Below, piece after piece: positions 17,643 through 25,992 of a stretch of 63,455 bases of DNA. The stretch is from a virus (Duplodnaviria > Caudoviricetes): IMG/VR virus record IMGVR_UViG_3300024974_000006, positions 1 through 63,455 of that record; one strand, written 5' to 3'. The position numbers were made by a program, and so were the translations under genes. Below the pieces are notes generated by a model. It was not told where the DNA came from and made no database searches. It was given only the letters and a program-made list of their open reading frames with translations. Numbering within the stretch: position 1 is the first letter of the stretch; the number at the start of each line of letters is the position of its first letter.

Positions 17643-18143
17643 ATGCCAATTTTAAGAGAAGTTCCTGTTATGTGGGCGCAAGTGTTATCCCCTAGCACAC
17701 AGTTTGAGCCTGCTTGGGAAATTCAAGTGTTGCTAACAGATGAACAAGCTGCTCAACTTAAGGAAGAAGCTAAAGCTGTTAATAAGAAAGGGATTAAGTT
17801 GAAAACGGAAGATGGAGCTACTTCTTTTAGATTCCGTAGGAAGGTAGCACGAGCAGATGGTAATGGAGAAAATAAGCCACCGTTGGTCTGTGGACCAAAA
17901 GGTAAAGACGATCATTGGGACAAACTTATAGGGAATGGGAGCATCTGCAATATTCAATATTCTTTCTCCGAATTTAATAATAAATATGGTGTTGGAGTTA
18001 CATCTGATTTAAAAGGGGTCCAAGTAATTAAGCATATCCCATTTGGAGAACAGGATGGAGAAGGGTTTGGGGAAGTAAATGTATCTGTTGACAGCCGTAA
18101 TACCCCTAATAAAGAGTCTTTTGATGATGAAGACTTCTCATAA
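17643..18143 (+). CDS. ssDNA-binding protein (gp2.5-like)
   Basis: LIGNGS and LKGVQVI motifs; acidic aromatic C-terminus FDDEDFS. Confidence 0.85.
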   Translation: MPILREVPVMWAQVLSPSTQFEPAWEIQVLLTDEQAAQLKEEAKAVNKKGIKLKTEDGATSFRFRRKVARADGNGENKPPLVCGPKGKDDHWDKLIGNGSICNIQYSFSEFNNKYGVGVTSDLKGVQVIKHIPFGEQDGEGFGEVNVSVDSRNTPNKESFDDEDFS

Positions 18144-18190
18144 TAATTATTATAAACTAAATTAAATCTTATAAATTCAAAAGGAACTAA

Positions 18191-18442
18191 ATGACTCAGA
18201 TTATTAAAGAAACTCAAGATTATATTTTATGTGCTACCTCAAATGCAAAAGGATCAGAATCAGAAGATTCTTATCAAATTAGAAATAAACAATATGGGAT
18301 TATTGAATTAGACACTCAGATATTACCACAAGCTTTAAAGTTTGTAGATGATCTACAAGTAGCTCTAGATGCTATTAGAGATATGGGTAAGACAGATGGG
18401 AAGAAGGTTGTACAATTAAGTAGTGCTAAGCCAACTATCTGA
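18191..18442 (+). CDS. Hypothetical protein
   Basis: AAGGA RBS. Confidence 0.65.
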   Translation: MTQIIKETQDYILCATSNAKGSESEDSYQIRNKQYGIIELDTQILPQALKFVDDLQVALDAIRDMGKTDGKKVVQLSSAKPTI

Positions 18443-18456
18443 TAAATTAAAAGTAC

Positions 18457-18492
18457 TAGAAGTAATAGTAATTGTAGTGCTATTACTTCTAG
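18457..18492. terminator. Intergenic hairpin
   Basis: tagaagtaatag pairs with ctattacttcta. Confidence 0.4.
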
Positions 18493-18526
18493 GATTTACT
18501 GAAATAATAATAGGATTAAAATAATA

Positions 18527-18817
18527 ATGAGTAATGATACTATAACCTTTGCAGATACTTTTCAATTAGGTGAGGGTTGGGAAAAAGATCCAGTAACATC
18601 TGTTACTAACTTTATAGAGAGAGCTAATAGAGCATCTAGATTCATTAAGAAAGTATCAGATGATAAAAATGTAAAGCTGGTAAACATAGTTTATCATGTA
18701 GAAGTTATAATTGCTGAACCAGATGCTTTAGTAGATGAGCAAGTAGAAGTAAGTAAAGATGAATCTTTAGATGAAAATTTCTGGATTAAAGTAGCTAATG
18801 GGGCTAAGTATGAATAG
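18527..18817 (+). CDS. Hypothetical protein
   Basis: AGGA RBS. Confidence 0.6.
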   Translation: MSNDTITFADTFQLGEGWEKDPVTSVTNFIERANRASRFIKKVSDDKNVKLVNIVYHVEVIIAEPDALVDEQVEVSKDESLDENFWIKVANGAKYE

Positions 18818-18965
18818 GATAGCTCTGTCTATATTTTTCTCTACATTCTATCTCTCTTCGATATATGAACTAACTCATTCTATGCCTTTTCAAGGACTCT
18901 TTGATTTTTTAATAGCTTTAGTTCCATTGTATTTCTTTCTCTCTAGTAATAGAGAGAGTACTTAA
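18810..18965 (+). CDS. Small membrane protein (not in ORF track)
   Basis: MNRIALSIFFSTFYLSS...FLIALVPLYFF. Confidence 0.45.
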   Translation: MNRIALSIFFSTFYLSSIYELTHSMPFQGLFDFLIALVPLYFFLSSNREST

Positions 18966-19065
18966 AACCAATGAGAGGAGACTGGAGAAATAGAAGTATT
19001 ACTTTAACTAAACTATACCTAATCATAATAGTAGGTTATATTATAATTAGAGCATGGGGCTATGT

Positions 19066-19974
19066 ATGCAAACTGCTTTAATAGATGGAGATGAGGTAGC
19101 TTATAAAATTGCATCTACTTATCAAAATAAATACTATGTAGTTTTAAAAGATGATAAAGTTTTATGGAAAACCAAAACAAAGGAGGAAGCAGTAGAGTCT
19201 ATAGGTAATAGAGATGATCTTGAGATTGAACCAGCGGTAGAGGAATTAGATACAAATGGTTACAAAGACAGAATTACGAAATTCATTGATAGCATTATTA
19301 GTGATACTAATAGCTCTAATTATCGATTATTCTTTTCTGGAGAAAACAATTTCAGACATGCACTTGCAACCTTGCAACCCTATAAAGGTAATCGAGACCC
19401 CACCCTTAAACCAGTATGCTATTCACTCATTAGAAAGGAGTGTGAGGATAGAGGAGCTGAGTATGTAGATTATCTAGAAGCGGACGATCTATTATCTGCA
19501 TATAATGTAATCTTACCAGAAAAAACAATAATTTGTTCAAGTGATAAAGATTTAAGGACAGTTAGTTGTACTAACTATAATATCACAACTAAGAAGATAA
19601 TAGAAATTGATCAAGATGAAGCTATGTATAATTTCTATTATCAACTGTTAGTAGGAGACGAAGTAGATAATATTCCCTCTCCTTATTACCTAGGACCAGT
19701 AACAGCTAAAGCTGTATTGAAAGAACTATATGGTTCTTCATATTATTTCTACTACGAAGGCATTTTACCTTGCTATGAAAAGTATTTATTATCAGTAGAT
19801 AAAGAAGGTAACTACAAAACTAAATGGTATAATGGACAAGACATACATGATGTACTTTGGGAAGTAGGAAATCTATTATGGATGCACAGAACATTAGACA
19901 AGGATGAGAGATGGGGGACTCCTGATTCCTATAAACAAATGATTAAATTAATAGGAGTTGGCGATATTGACTAA
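19066..19974 (+). CDS. 5'-3' exonuclease (T7 gp6/RNase H-like)
   Basis: LIDGD, NFR, YKGNR, LEADD, SDKDL and GDEVDNIP motifs. Confidence 0.92.
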   Translation: MQTALIDGDEVAYKIASTYQNKYYVVLKDDKVLWKTKTKEEAVESIGNRDDLEIEPAVEELDTNGYKDRITKFIDSIISDTNSSNYRLFFSGENNFRHALATLQPYKGNRDPTLKPVCYSLIRKECEDRGAEYVDYLEADDLLSAYNVILPEKTIICSSDKDLRTVSCTNYNITTKKIIEIDQDEAMYNFYYQLLVGDEVDNIPSPYYLGPVTAKAVLKELYGSSYYFYYEGILPCYEKYLLSVDKEGNYKTKWYNGQDIHDVLWEVGNLLWMHRTLDKDERWGTPDSYKQMIKLIGVGDID

Positions 19975-20389
19975 AAGGAAAAGTATTAACCCTTTAAAGA
20001 AAAAGAATTGGTGTCAATGGAAAGCTTCTCAAGTTCGTAGCTCATGGAGGACTAGAGCTAGAAAGTTTGGACTATCTTTAGATGAAGTGCCTACTAGAGC
20101 TGAAATTCAGAAATGGTTAGAGGATCAACATCCAGTCAAATGTTATTTTACAGGTGGTTTTATTGTTCTAGATACAATAGAATTAGATCATAAAACCCCA
20201 TTAAGTAGGGGCGGTAAATTACATTTAGATAATGTAGGTATTACATCAAGATGGTATAATAATATAAAAGGACAGATGACTGAAAAGGAGTTCAGACAAC
20301 TATTAAGATTAGTTTCTAAATGGGAAGACAAAGGTCTGTCTTTATTTAAAAGACTATCTTCTTCAAATAATATATATAAAAGGAAATAA
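19958..20389 (+). CDS. HNH endonuclease-like protein
   Basis: CYFTG...LDHKTPLSRGG..HLDNV...NNIKG. Confidence 0.8.
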   Translation: MAILTKRKSINPLKKKNWCQWKASQVRSSWRTRARKFGLSLDEVPTRAEIQKWLEDQHPVKCYFTGGFIVLDTIELDHKTPLSRGGKLHLDNVGITSRWYNNIKGQMTEKEFRQLLRLVSKWEDKGLSLFKRLSSSNNIYKRK

Positions 20390-20429
20390 TGGATATTTTT
20401 GTATTTACAGCTCTTTTACTATTAGTTCT

Positions 20430-20690
20430 TTGGGTATTGTATTAATGAAAGATAATTTAACACTTTTAAATTTTGAGAAAGAAGATTCTTCATCTGGTCT
20501 AGTTAATATTACCTATCATACAGGAGAGGTAGAAGTAATAAAAGCAGACTATATGGGAATATCTCAGGAAGTTCCAGGATTCTTAATGCTATGGAATGAA
20601 GAGCCCTATAGTTTAGAAGGCTTTTATAATACTAGGTATATTGCTAAAATAACTACAGAGAGAATTAATGATAACAGCAAAAGTAATTAA
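20430..20690 (+). CDS. Hypothetical protein
   Basis: ORF in the operon. Confidence 0.6.
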   Translation: MGIVLMKDNLTLLNFEKEDSSSGLVNITYHTGEVEVIKADYMGISQEVPGFLMLWNEEPYSLEGFYNTRYIAKITTERINDNSKSN

Positions 20691-21453
20691 AGATTCAATC
20701 TATAATGGAAAAAGATTAACTACTTTAGAATTAGAGTATCCAAGATACATTCATTCAGAATTTATGACTCATAGAGTCTTCTCTAGAAATGCTCAAAGTA
20801 GTAGAGCGATACCAATTGATAGAATGATTAGTAGAGTAGAAGAAAGCAAATGGTACCCAATCTTTATGAAGAATCAATCAGGGATGACAGCTTCTGTACC
20901 TTTATCGTTTAACGAAGAACAAATAGCTAAAGCAGATTGGGATAATGCTAAAGCAGAAATGATTAGGAGGGCTAGAGTATTAGCTAGGAGTGGAATACAT
21001 AAGCAAATAGTTAATAGACTCTTAGAGCCTTTTTCAACGATTAAGGTTATTGTTAGTGCTACTGAATGGAATAATTTCTTTAGGTTAAGAATCCATCCAG
21101 CAGCTCAACAAGAGATACAAGTACTAGCGACTACTATCAGAGACGCTATGCTTAATTCTAACCCTGATCATTTGGATATAGGTGAATGGCACTTGCCTTA
21201 CCTAAAAGAGGATGAGAGTATATTAGAATTATCTATTCAAAAGAAACTAAGCACAGCTCGTTGTGCTAGAGTATCTTATCTAAATCATGATAAGAAATTA
21301 GATATAGATAGGGATGAAGGTTTACATGAGTCACTTTTAAAAGAGAGGCATATGTCCCCGTTTGAACATATAGCAACCCCTTGGAATAACGACAGAACCT
21401 CTAACTTTAAAGGTTGGAGACAGTATAGGTATGACATGGAGAGTTTATCATAA
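20668..21453 (+). CDS. thyX: Flavin-dependent thymidylate synthase
   Basis: EFMTHRVFSRNAQSSRA, HKQIVNRLLEPF, NFFRLR...AQ.EI and HMSPFEH motifs. Confidence 0.92.
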   Translation: MITAKVIKDSIYNGKRLTTLELEYPRYIHSEFMTHRVFSRNAQSSRAIPIDRMISRVEESKWYPIFMKNQSGMTASVPLSFNEEQIAKADWDNAKAEMIRRARVLARSGIHKQIVNRLLEPFSTIKVIVSATEWNNFFRLRIHPAAQQEIQVLATTIRDAMLNSNPDHLDIGEWHLPYLKEDESILELSIQKKLSTARCARVSYLNHDKKLDIDRDEGLHESLLKERHMSPFEHIATPWNNDRTSNFKGWRQYRYDMESLS

Positions 21454-21671
21454 TGTATTTGTTTTATATACTACTTGGGTGTGCTATAGCTCTTTTAATA
21501 AATACTAGGGAAAGAAAGAGTCTTCCTGATCTTTCAAATTCAGAAATTATAGGTGTAACTATTGCTATTATTTTTGGATGGCTTATTCTACTCCCATTCA
21601 TTATTAGTGAGTATTTTAAAAACATTGATCTAAATTTATCATGTAAGAAAAAGTTCTTCTGGGAGAAATAA
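21453..21671 (+). CDS. Membrane protein
   Basis: Two hydrophobic helices. Confidence 0.6.
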   Translation: MYLFYILLGCAIALLINTRERKSLPDLSNSEIIGVTIAIIFGWLILLPFIISEYFKNIDLNLSCKKKFFWEK

Positions 21672-21674
21672 ATA

Positions 21675-22235
21675 ATGACTGTTTACTTTGGGGCTGACTG
21701 GCATCTATATCATAAGAAAGTCTTAGAATTCTCTAATCGGCCTTTCTTAACTATTGATGATATGAAAGATTATTTTATACATGAGTACTTAAGCAAAGTA
21801 AAGAGGAATGATACAGTATATCTTTTAGGCGATATTTCCTTTTCTAATAAAGCAATTATAGATTTAAAAGACTTACCAGGGTATAAAGTATTAATTAAAG
21901 GAAACCATGATCCAAAGGGATTCTCTAATAAATTAAATGGTATTTGGGATGAAGTCTATGACTATAGAAAAATACATTCAGAAAGAGGTAGAAAACTTAT
22001 TCTCTGTCATTTCCCAATAGAATCATGGGACGGAATGGATAAGCAAAGATCTATACACCTACACGGACACACACACAATAATCTATCTCACTCTATTTCT
22101 ACAAAATTTGATAGAATAGATGTTGGATATGATGCTACAGGACAAGCTCTATCTACATTAGAAGAATTATTAGCAATGCAAGAACAAGGACTAATTAACG
22201 AGAGATTTAAAAGAATTATGAATTATGAATTATGA
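21675..22235 (+). CDS. Calcineurin-like metallophosphoesterase
   Basis: DWH, LGD, GNHD, CHFP and HGHTH motifs. Confidence 0.92.
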   Translation: MTVYFGADWHLYHKKVLEFSNRPFLTIDDMKDYFIHEYLSKVKRNDTVYLLGDISFSNKAIIDLKDLPGYKVLIKGNHDPKGFSNKLNGIWDEVYDYRKIHSERGRKLILCHFPIESWDGMDKQRSIHLHGHTHNNLSHSISTKFDRIDVGYDATGQALSTLEELLAMQEQGLINERFKRIMNYEL

Positions 22236-22492
22236 AGATTGAAAATTGGATAATCCTGAATAAACGTATTCTTGGGGAGGTATATGGAAACCCTAACTTT
22301 CCAAATGGGTGCTACATCCATACCAGCACAGTTGTAAACTACTACGAAGATGATGGAGTATATTATGTAGTAACTGCATCAGGAAGTGTATATGGATTAG
22401 GTAAACCAGATAGATACGCTACTAAAGAAGCAATTGATTTATCCCTTCTCAATACAATAGAAGGAATAGATACTTTAAAAGGTCAAGAATGA
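22232..22492 (+). CDS. Hypothetical phage protein
   Basis: IENW...G.VYG.P.F..G..IHTS motif. Confidence 0.7.
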   Translation: MKIENWIILNKRILGEVYGNPNFPNGCYIHTSTVVNYYEDDGVYYVVTASGSVYGLGKPDRYATKEAIDLSLLNTIEGIDTLKGQE

Positions 22493-22866
22493 ATATAAAG
22501 TATAAAGATAATGATGGATTTGTAATTTACCATAATGGAGGCAAAGTAAACGTGGAACCAGATATTAACTCATTAGCACATCAAATAGAGGAATGGGGGA
22601 GAAAAAGAGGGATATTAGAGTCTTCTGATCCTAAAACTCAAGCACTAAAAACTATTAGTGAAATTGGAGAGTTTGCTGATAACGTAGCTAAAGGGAGAGA
22701 TTGTAGGGATGATATTGGGGATATTGTGGTAACATTAGTTCTTCAATGTGCTTTACAAGGGTATTCATTTGCTGAATGTATTCAATTAGCCTACGATGAG
22801 ATTGCTGGTAGAAAGGGTAAGATGGTTAACGGTATCTTTGTAAAAGAGGGTGATAATTGTGAGTGA
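22489..22866 (+). CDS. MazG-like nucleotide pyrophosphohydrolase
   Basis: Q.LK..SE.GE, DDIGD and AYDEI..RKGKMVNG.FVKE motifs. Confidence 0.88.
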   Translation: MNIKYKDNDGFVIYHNGGKVNVEPDINSLAHQIEEWGRKRGILESSDPKTQALKTISEIGEFADNVAKGRDCRDDIGDIVVTLVLQCALQGYSFAECIQLAYDEIAGRKGKMVNGIFVKEGDNCE

Positions 22867-23019
22867 TTCACGAGATGTACCACAAGAAATATATGTAGAC
22901 AGTGATGGTGATTTAGTTACTAAAGAGAATATGTTTGTATCAATCGATGAAATTATCCATGCTTATGAAGAGCAAGGATATACTATCTCAATTGTAAAAC
23001 TACCTATCGAGGAAGAAGA

Positions 23020-23274
23020 ATGAGAGGGGCAGTATCTAAAAGATTAAAGAGAGAAACTTTGTTAGTAATTGCTGATATGGGGTCTCTTAGTACGATTTCA
23101 ATGGAATCTAAGTATAGAATAACAAGTAAACTAAGTAAAACTAGAAAAGGGGAGGATATAGTTAAAAGAAATTTTAGATTATCTTCTTGTTTTAGAGCTC
23201 TATACCAAAGTAAAAAGAAGAACTACCTAAATTCAATTAGAGCTACTACTAGGATGTTGCCTAATGCTAATTAA
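23020..23274 (+). CDS. Basic hypothetical protein
   Basis: MRG..SKRLK start; GAGG RBS. Confidence 0.6.
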   Translation: MRGAVSKRLKRETLLVIADMGSLSTISMESKYRITSKLSKTRKGEDIVKRNFRLSSCFRALYQSKKKNYLNSIRATTRMLPNAN

Positions 23275-23671
23275 TGATCATTTAACTGAAGATTACTTGA
23301 TTAAATTAAATAATGCCCTTATAAAAAGTGACAGTGGAACTTTTATCAAAAAAGAGAACTCTAAGATGAGTAATGTAGATGAAACATTACAAGAACGTGG
23401 AAATAGATATGGTGAATTTGCAAACCACTCAGCTATTACACAAGCATTAAAAAGAGTAGCAGAGGGTGATATTACATTACCTATTGGAGATGGTGTAGAG
23501 ACTATATATGTCCCTGAGACTAATTTTAAAACTCTTTCTCCAGCACACAAAGAAGCTTTAGATATGATTTTTCATAAAATCGGTAGGATACTTAATGGTG
23601 ATCCTAACTATACAGACAGCTGGCATGACATTGCTGGGTATGCTACTCTTGCAGAAAAAGAATGCCAATAA
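23264..23671 (+). CDS. DUF6378-like protein (start may be 23366)
   Basis: ERGNRYGEF, KIGRILNGDPNY and DSWHDIAGYA motifs. Confidence 0.8.
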   Translation: MLINDHLTEDYLIKLNNALIKSDSGTFIKKENSKMSNVDETLQERGNRYGEFANHSAITQALKRVAEGDITLPIGDGVETIYVPETNFKTLSPAHKEALDMIFHKIGRILNGDPNYTDSWHDIAGYATLAEKECQ

Positions 23672-23865
23672 TAAGGATACCTTTTACAAAAGAGGATGAT
23701 GAACTAGGCGCTTGGTTAAGTGCTGCACTAGAAGATCCTAATGTATGTAAAGAATTTAAAGAGGTAATCAATAATTGGTTTAATTCTAAAACTATAACTA
23801 TTAAAGATATTTCACAATCTAGGAAAACTATTGAAAAAAGAATGTGGGAATCTTTAAAAAAATAG
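23662..23865 (+). CDS. Hypothetical protein
   Basis: GAWLSAALEDP.VC.EFK motif. Confidence 0.65.
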   Translation: MPIIRIPFTKEDDELGAWLSAALEDPNVCKEFKEVINNWFNSKTITIKDISQSRKTIEKRMWESLKK

Positions 23866-23924
23866 GAGATTACTATGAAATTATCAGTAACTAGATTCAG
23901 CAGGATGCGAATCAAGATGAGTGG

Positions 23925-24290
23925 ATAATAATAGCTGCATCCGCCTTATTATGTTTAACATTAAACATTTATATGGAGGCACGCAGTGAGCCAATAGAAA
24001 GTCAGGTTGCTATAGCTGCTGTGACTATGAATAGGGTGATGGAGAAGGATCAGAAATCAACTATTTGTAGAGTAGTATATCAACCAGGGTCTTTTTCTTG
24101 GACAAAGAAGCGAGTAAAGATAAAAGAGCCTAAAGCTTATAATAAAGCTAAGCAAGTGGCCTCACTTTACTTATCTGGTAAACTAAACAATCCTATAGGG
24201 AATAGGAAGTATTTTAATCATATATCCCTTGGAAAGAGATTTAGTACACCACATAAACCTATAAGAATTAGTAAGTTAGTTTACTATTAA
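23925..24290 (+). CDS. Cell wall hydrolase, SleB/Hydrolase_2 family (start uncertain, upstream of ATG 23973)
   Basis: CLTLNIYMEARSEP..QVAIA.V.MNRV, IC.VVYQ..SFSW; the in-frame conserved motif begins before the first ATG. Confidence 0.8.
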   Translation: MIIAASALLCLTLNIYMEARSEPIESQVAIAAVTMNRVMEKDQKSTICRVVYQPGSFSWTKKRVKIKEPKAYNKAKQVASLYLSGKLNNPIGNRKYFNHISLGKRFSTPHKPIRISKLVYY

Positions 24291-24296
24291 TTTTAT

Positions 24297-24331
24297 ACGC
24301 CTACTGGGGATTCTCGGTGGGCGTTTTTTTT
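24297..24331 (+). terminator. Rho-independent terminator
   Basis: acgcctactgggg-att-ctcggtgggcgt followed by a T run. Confidence 0.85.
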
Positions 24332-24359
24332 CCTCTAAAATTTAGTAAGAGAGTGTAGC

Positions 24360-24590
24360 ATGTTGTTTGGAAAAGACTTTGAAATAGTTGAATTTGTAGA
24401 TGGAACTTATGGAGTTAGAGCAGTAACCTACTTCTTTTGGTTTAAAATAATAGAATATTACTTAGATGAAGAGTGTGCAAGATGGACCCTACCTGATATA
24501 ATAGTAAAACGTTGTAAATTCAAGTGTCTTGAAGAAGCTAAAGTAATCAAAGATAGATCCTATTTTAAAATAAAGAGGATAGTTGAATGA
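24360..24590 (+). CDS. Hypothetical protein
   Basis: ORF directly after the terminator. Confidence 0.6.
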   Translation: MLFGKDFEIVEFVDGTYGVRAVTYFFWFKIIEYYLDEECARWTLPDIIVKRCKFKCLEEAKVIKDRSYFKIKRIVE

Positions 24591-24627
24591 TAAAGATAGA
24601 TATAGTTAGATTTGCAAGGAGAGTGTA

Positions 24628-25614
24628 TTGACAGTAAGAATATTAGAACCAAAAGAGACTTACATAATGGATTACCCTCAGTTTGTAGAACTAGCCAAAC
24701 GACAAGCTGAGATTATATGGCTTCCAGATGAGATAGAAGTAGAGAAGGATTTACATGATATAAAGACTAATTTCTCTCCTAGCGAATATCATGGAATTGT
24801 AACAGTCTTAAAATTGTTTACTCTTTATGAAACTAGGGTGGGAAATGAGTACTGGAAAGACTATGTATCTAAAGTCTTCCCTAGGCCAGACATACAAAGA
24901 ATGGCAGCCACTTTCTCCTATATGGAATTAGGGGTTCATGCTCCATTCTACGCAAAGCTTAATGAGGTATTAGGATTAGATACACCAGAATTCTTTAATT
25001 CATATTTAGAAGATGAAGTTCTATCTAATAGAATGGATTGGGTGGCTAAAAGATTAAGAAGAAAAGGGACACATTTAGATAGATTAAAGTCAGTAGCAAT
25101 CTTCTCTATGATTGAAGGTGCTATTCTTTATTCCTCATTTGCATTTATTAAACATTTTCAAACTAAAGGGAAGAATAAATTAATAAACGTAAATGCAGGT
25201 ATTAACTTCTCAGTACAAGATGAGGACATCCATTCTGTAGGAGGGGCTTTATTATTTAAAACTTACTTACAAGAGGTCTTAGTAGAAAACTCTAATTTCA
25301 ATCTAGTAGAATTAGTAGAAGAAATTATAAATACTGCTAAAATTATTTACGAACATGAGAGTATTATAAACAACAAGATATTTGAAACAGGTGAGATGGA
25401 AGGGATTACAGCTCTCCAATTAAATAACTTTGTTCAATCTAGATTAGACCTGTGTTTATCTCAACTTAATATTGAACCTATCTTCAAACCTAAATATAAC
25501 CCTATAGCTGAATGGTTTTATAATAATATTAATAGTTCTATTCTACATGATTTCTTTGTTAAACAAGGAAGTGACTATAATAGAAACTGGAAAGAGACAG
25601 CATTCAAATGGTAA
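24628..25614 (+). CDS. nrdB: Ribonucleotide reductase class I beta subunit
   Basis: W.P.EI, E..VH..FY, IEG..LYSSF and DEDIH motifs; TTG start. Confidence 0.92.
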   Translation: MTVRILEPKETYIMDYPQFVELAKRQAEIIWLPDEIEVEKDLHDIKTNFSPSEYHGIVTVLKLFTLYETRVGNEYWKDYVSKVFPRPDIQRMAATFSYMELGVHAPFYAKLNEVLGLDTPEFFNSYLEDEVLSNRMDWVAKRLRRKGTHLDRLKSVAIFSMIEGAILYSSFAFIKHFQTKGKNKLINVNAGINFSVQDEDIHSVGGALLFKTYLQEVLVENSNFNLVELVEEIINTAKIIYEHESIINNKIFETGEMEGITALQLNNFVQSRLDLCLSQLNIEPIFKPKYNPIAEWFYNNINSSILHDFFVKQGSDYNRNWKETAFKW

Positions 25615-25626
25615 AGGAGTAAGAAA

Positions 25627-25989
25627 ATGAAACCATTCTATGAGTATAGTACTAGTAGCGAGATTCACAATAATGAAATTACTATTAAAGTTGTAATACC
25701 ATCTAAATTCGGGAGGTTAATTACTCCAGAGGATGCAGAAATAATCGAATGTATTATATTATCTAGAATTGATGATGTGCTACTTTATATAATCAATAAG
25801 CATATCTATTTAACTATTGATAAAGTCAAATCATCCTTTATTCATGATAAGAGAGTACATAATATAAATGAATATATAAGATTATTTAAAAGGATATTTT
25901 ATAGGACTAAGCCTGCATTGATGACAGATAAAGAACACCATGAGATAAAAGAAACTCTAAAATATAGCAATCAACTAGATGTGGAGTAA
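25627..25989 (+). CDS. Hypothetical protein between nrdB and nrdA
   Basis: AGGAG RBS. Confidence 0.65.
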   Translation: MKPFYEYSTSSEIHNNEITIKVVIPSKFGRLITPEDAEIIECIILSRIDDVLLYIINKHIYLTIDKVKSSFIHDKRVHNINEYIRLFKRIFYRTKPALMTDKEHHEIKETLKYSNQLDVE

Positions 25990-25992
25990 GTA

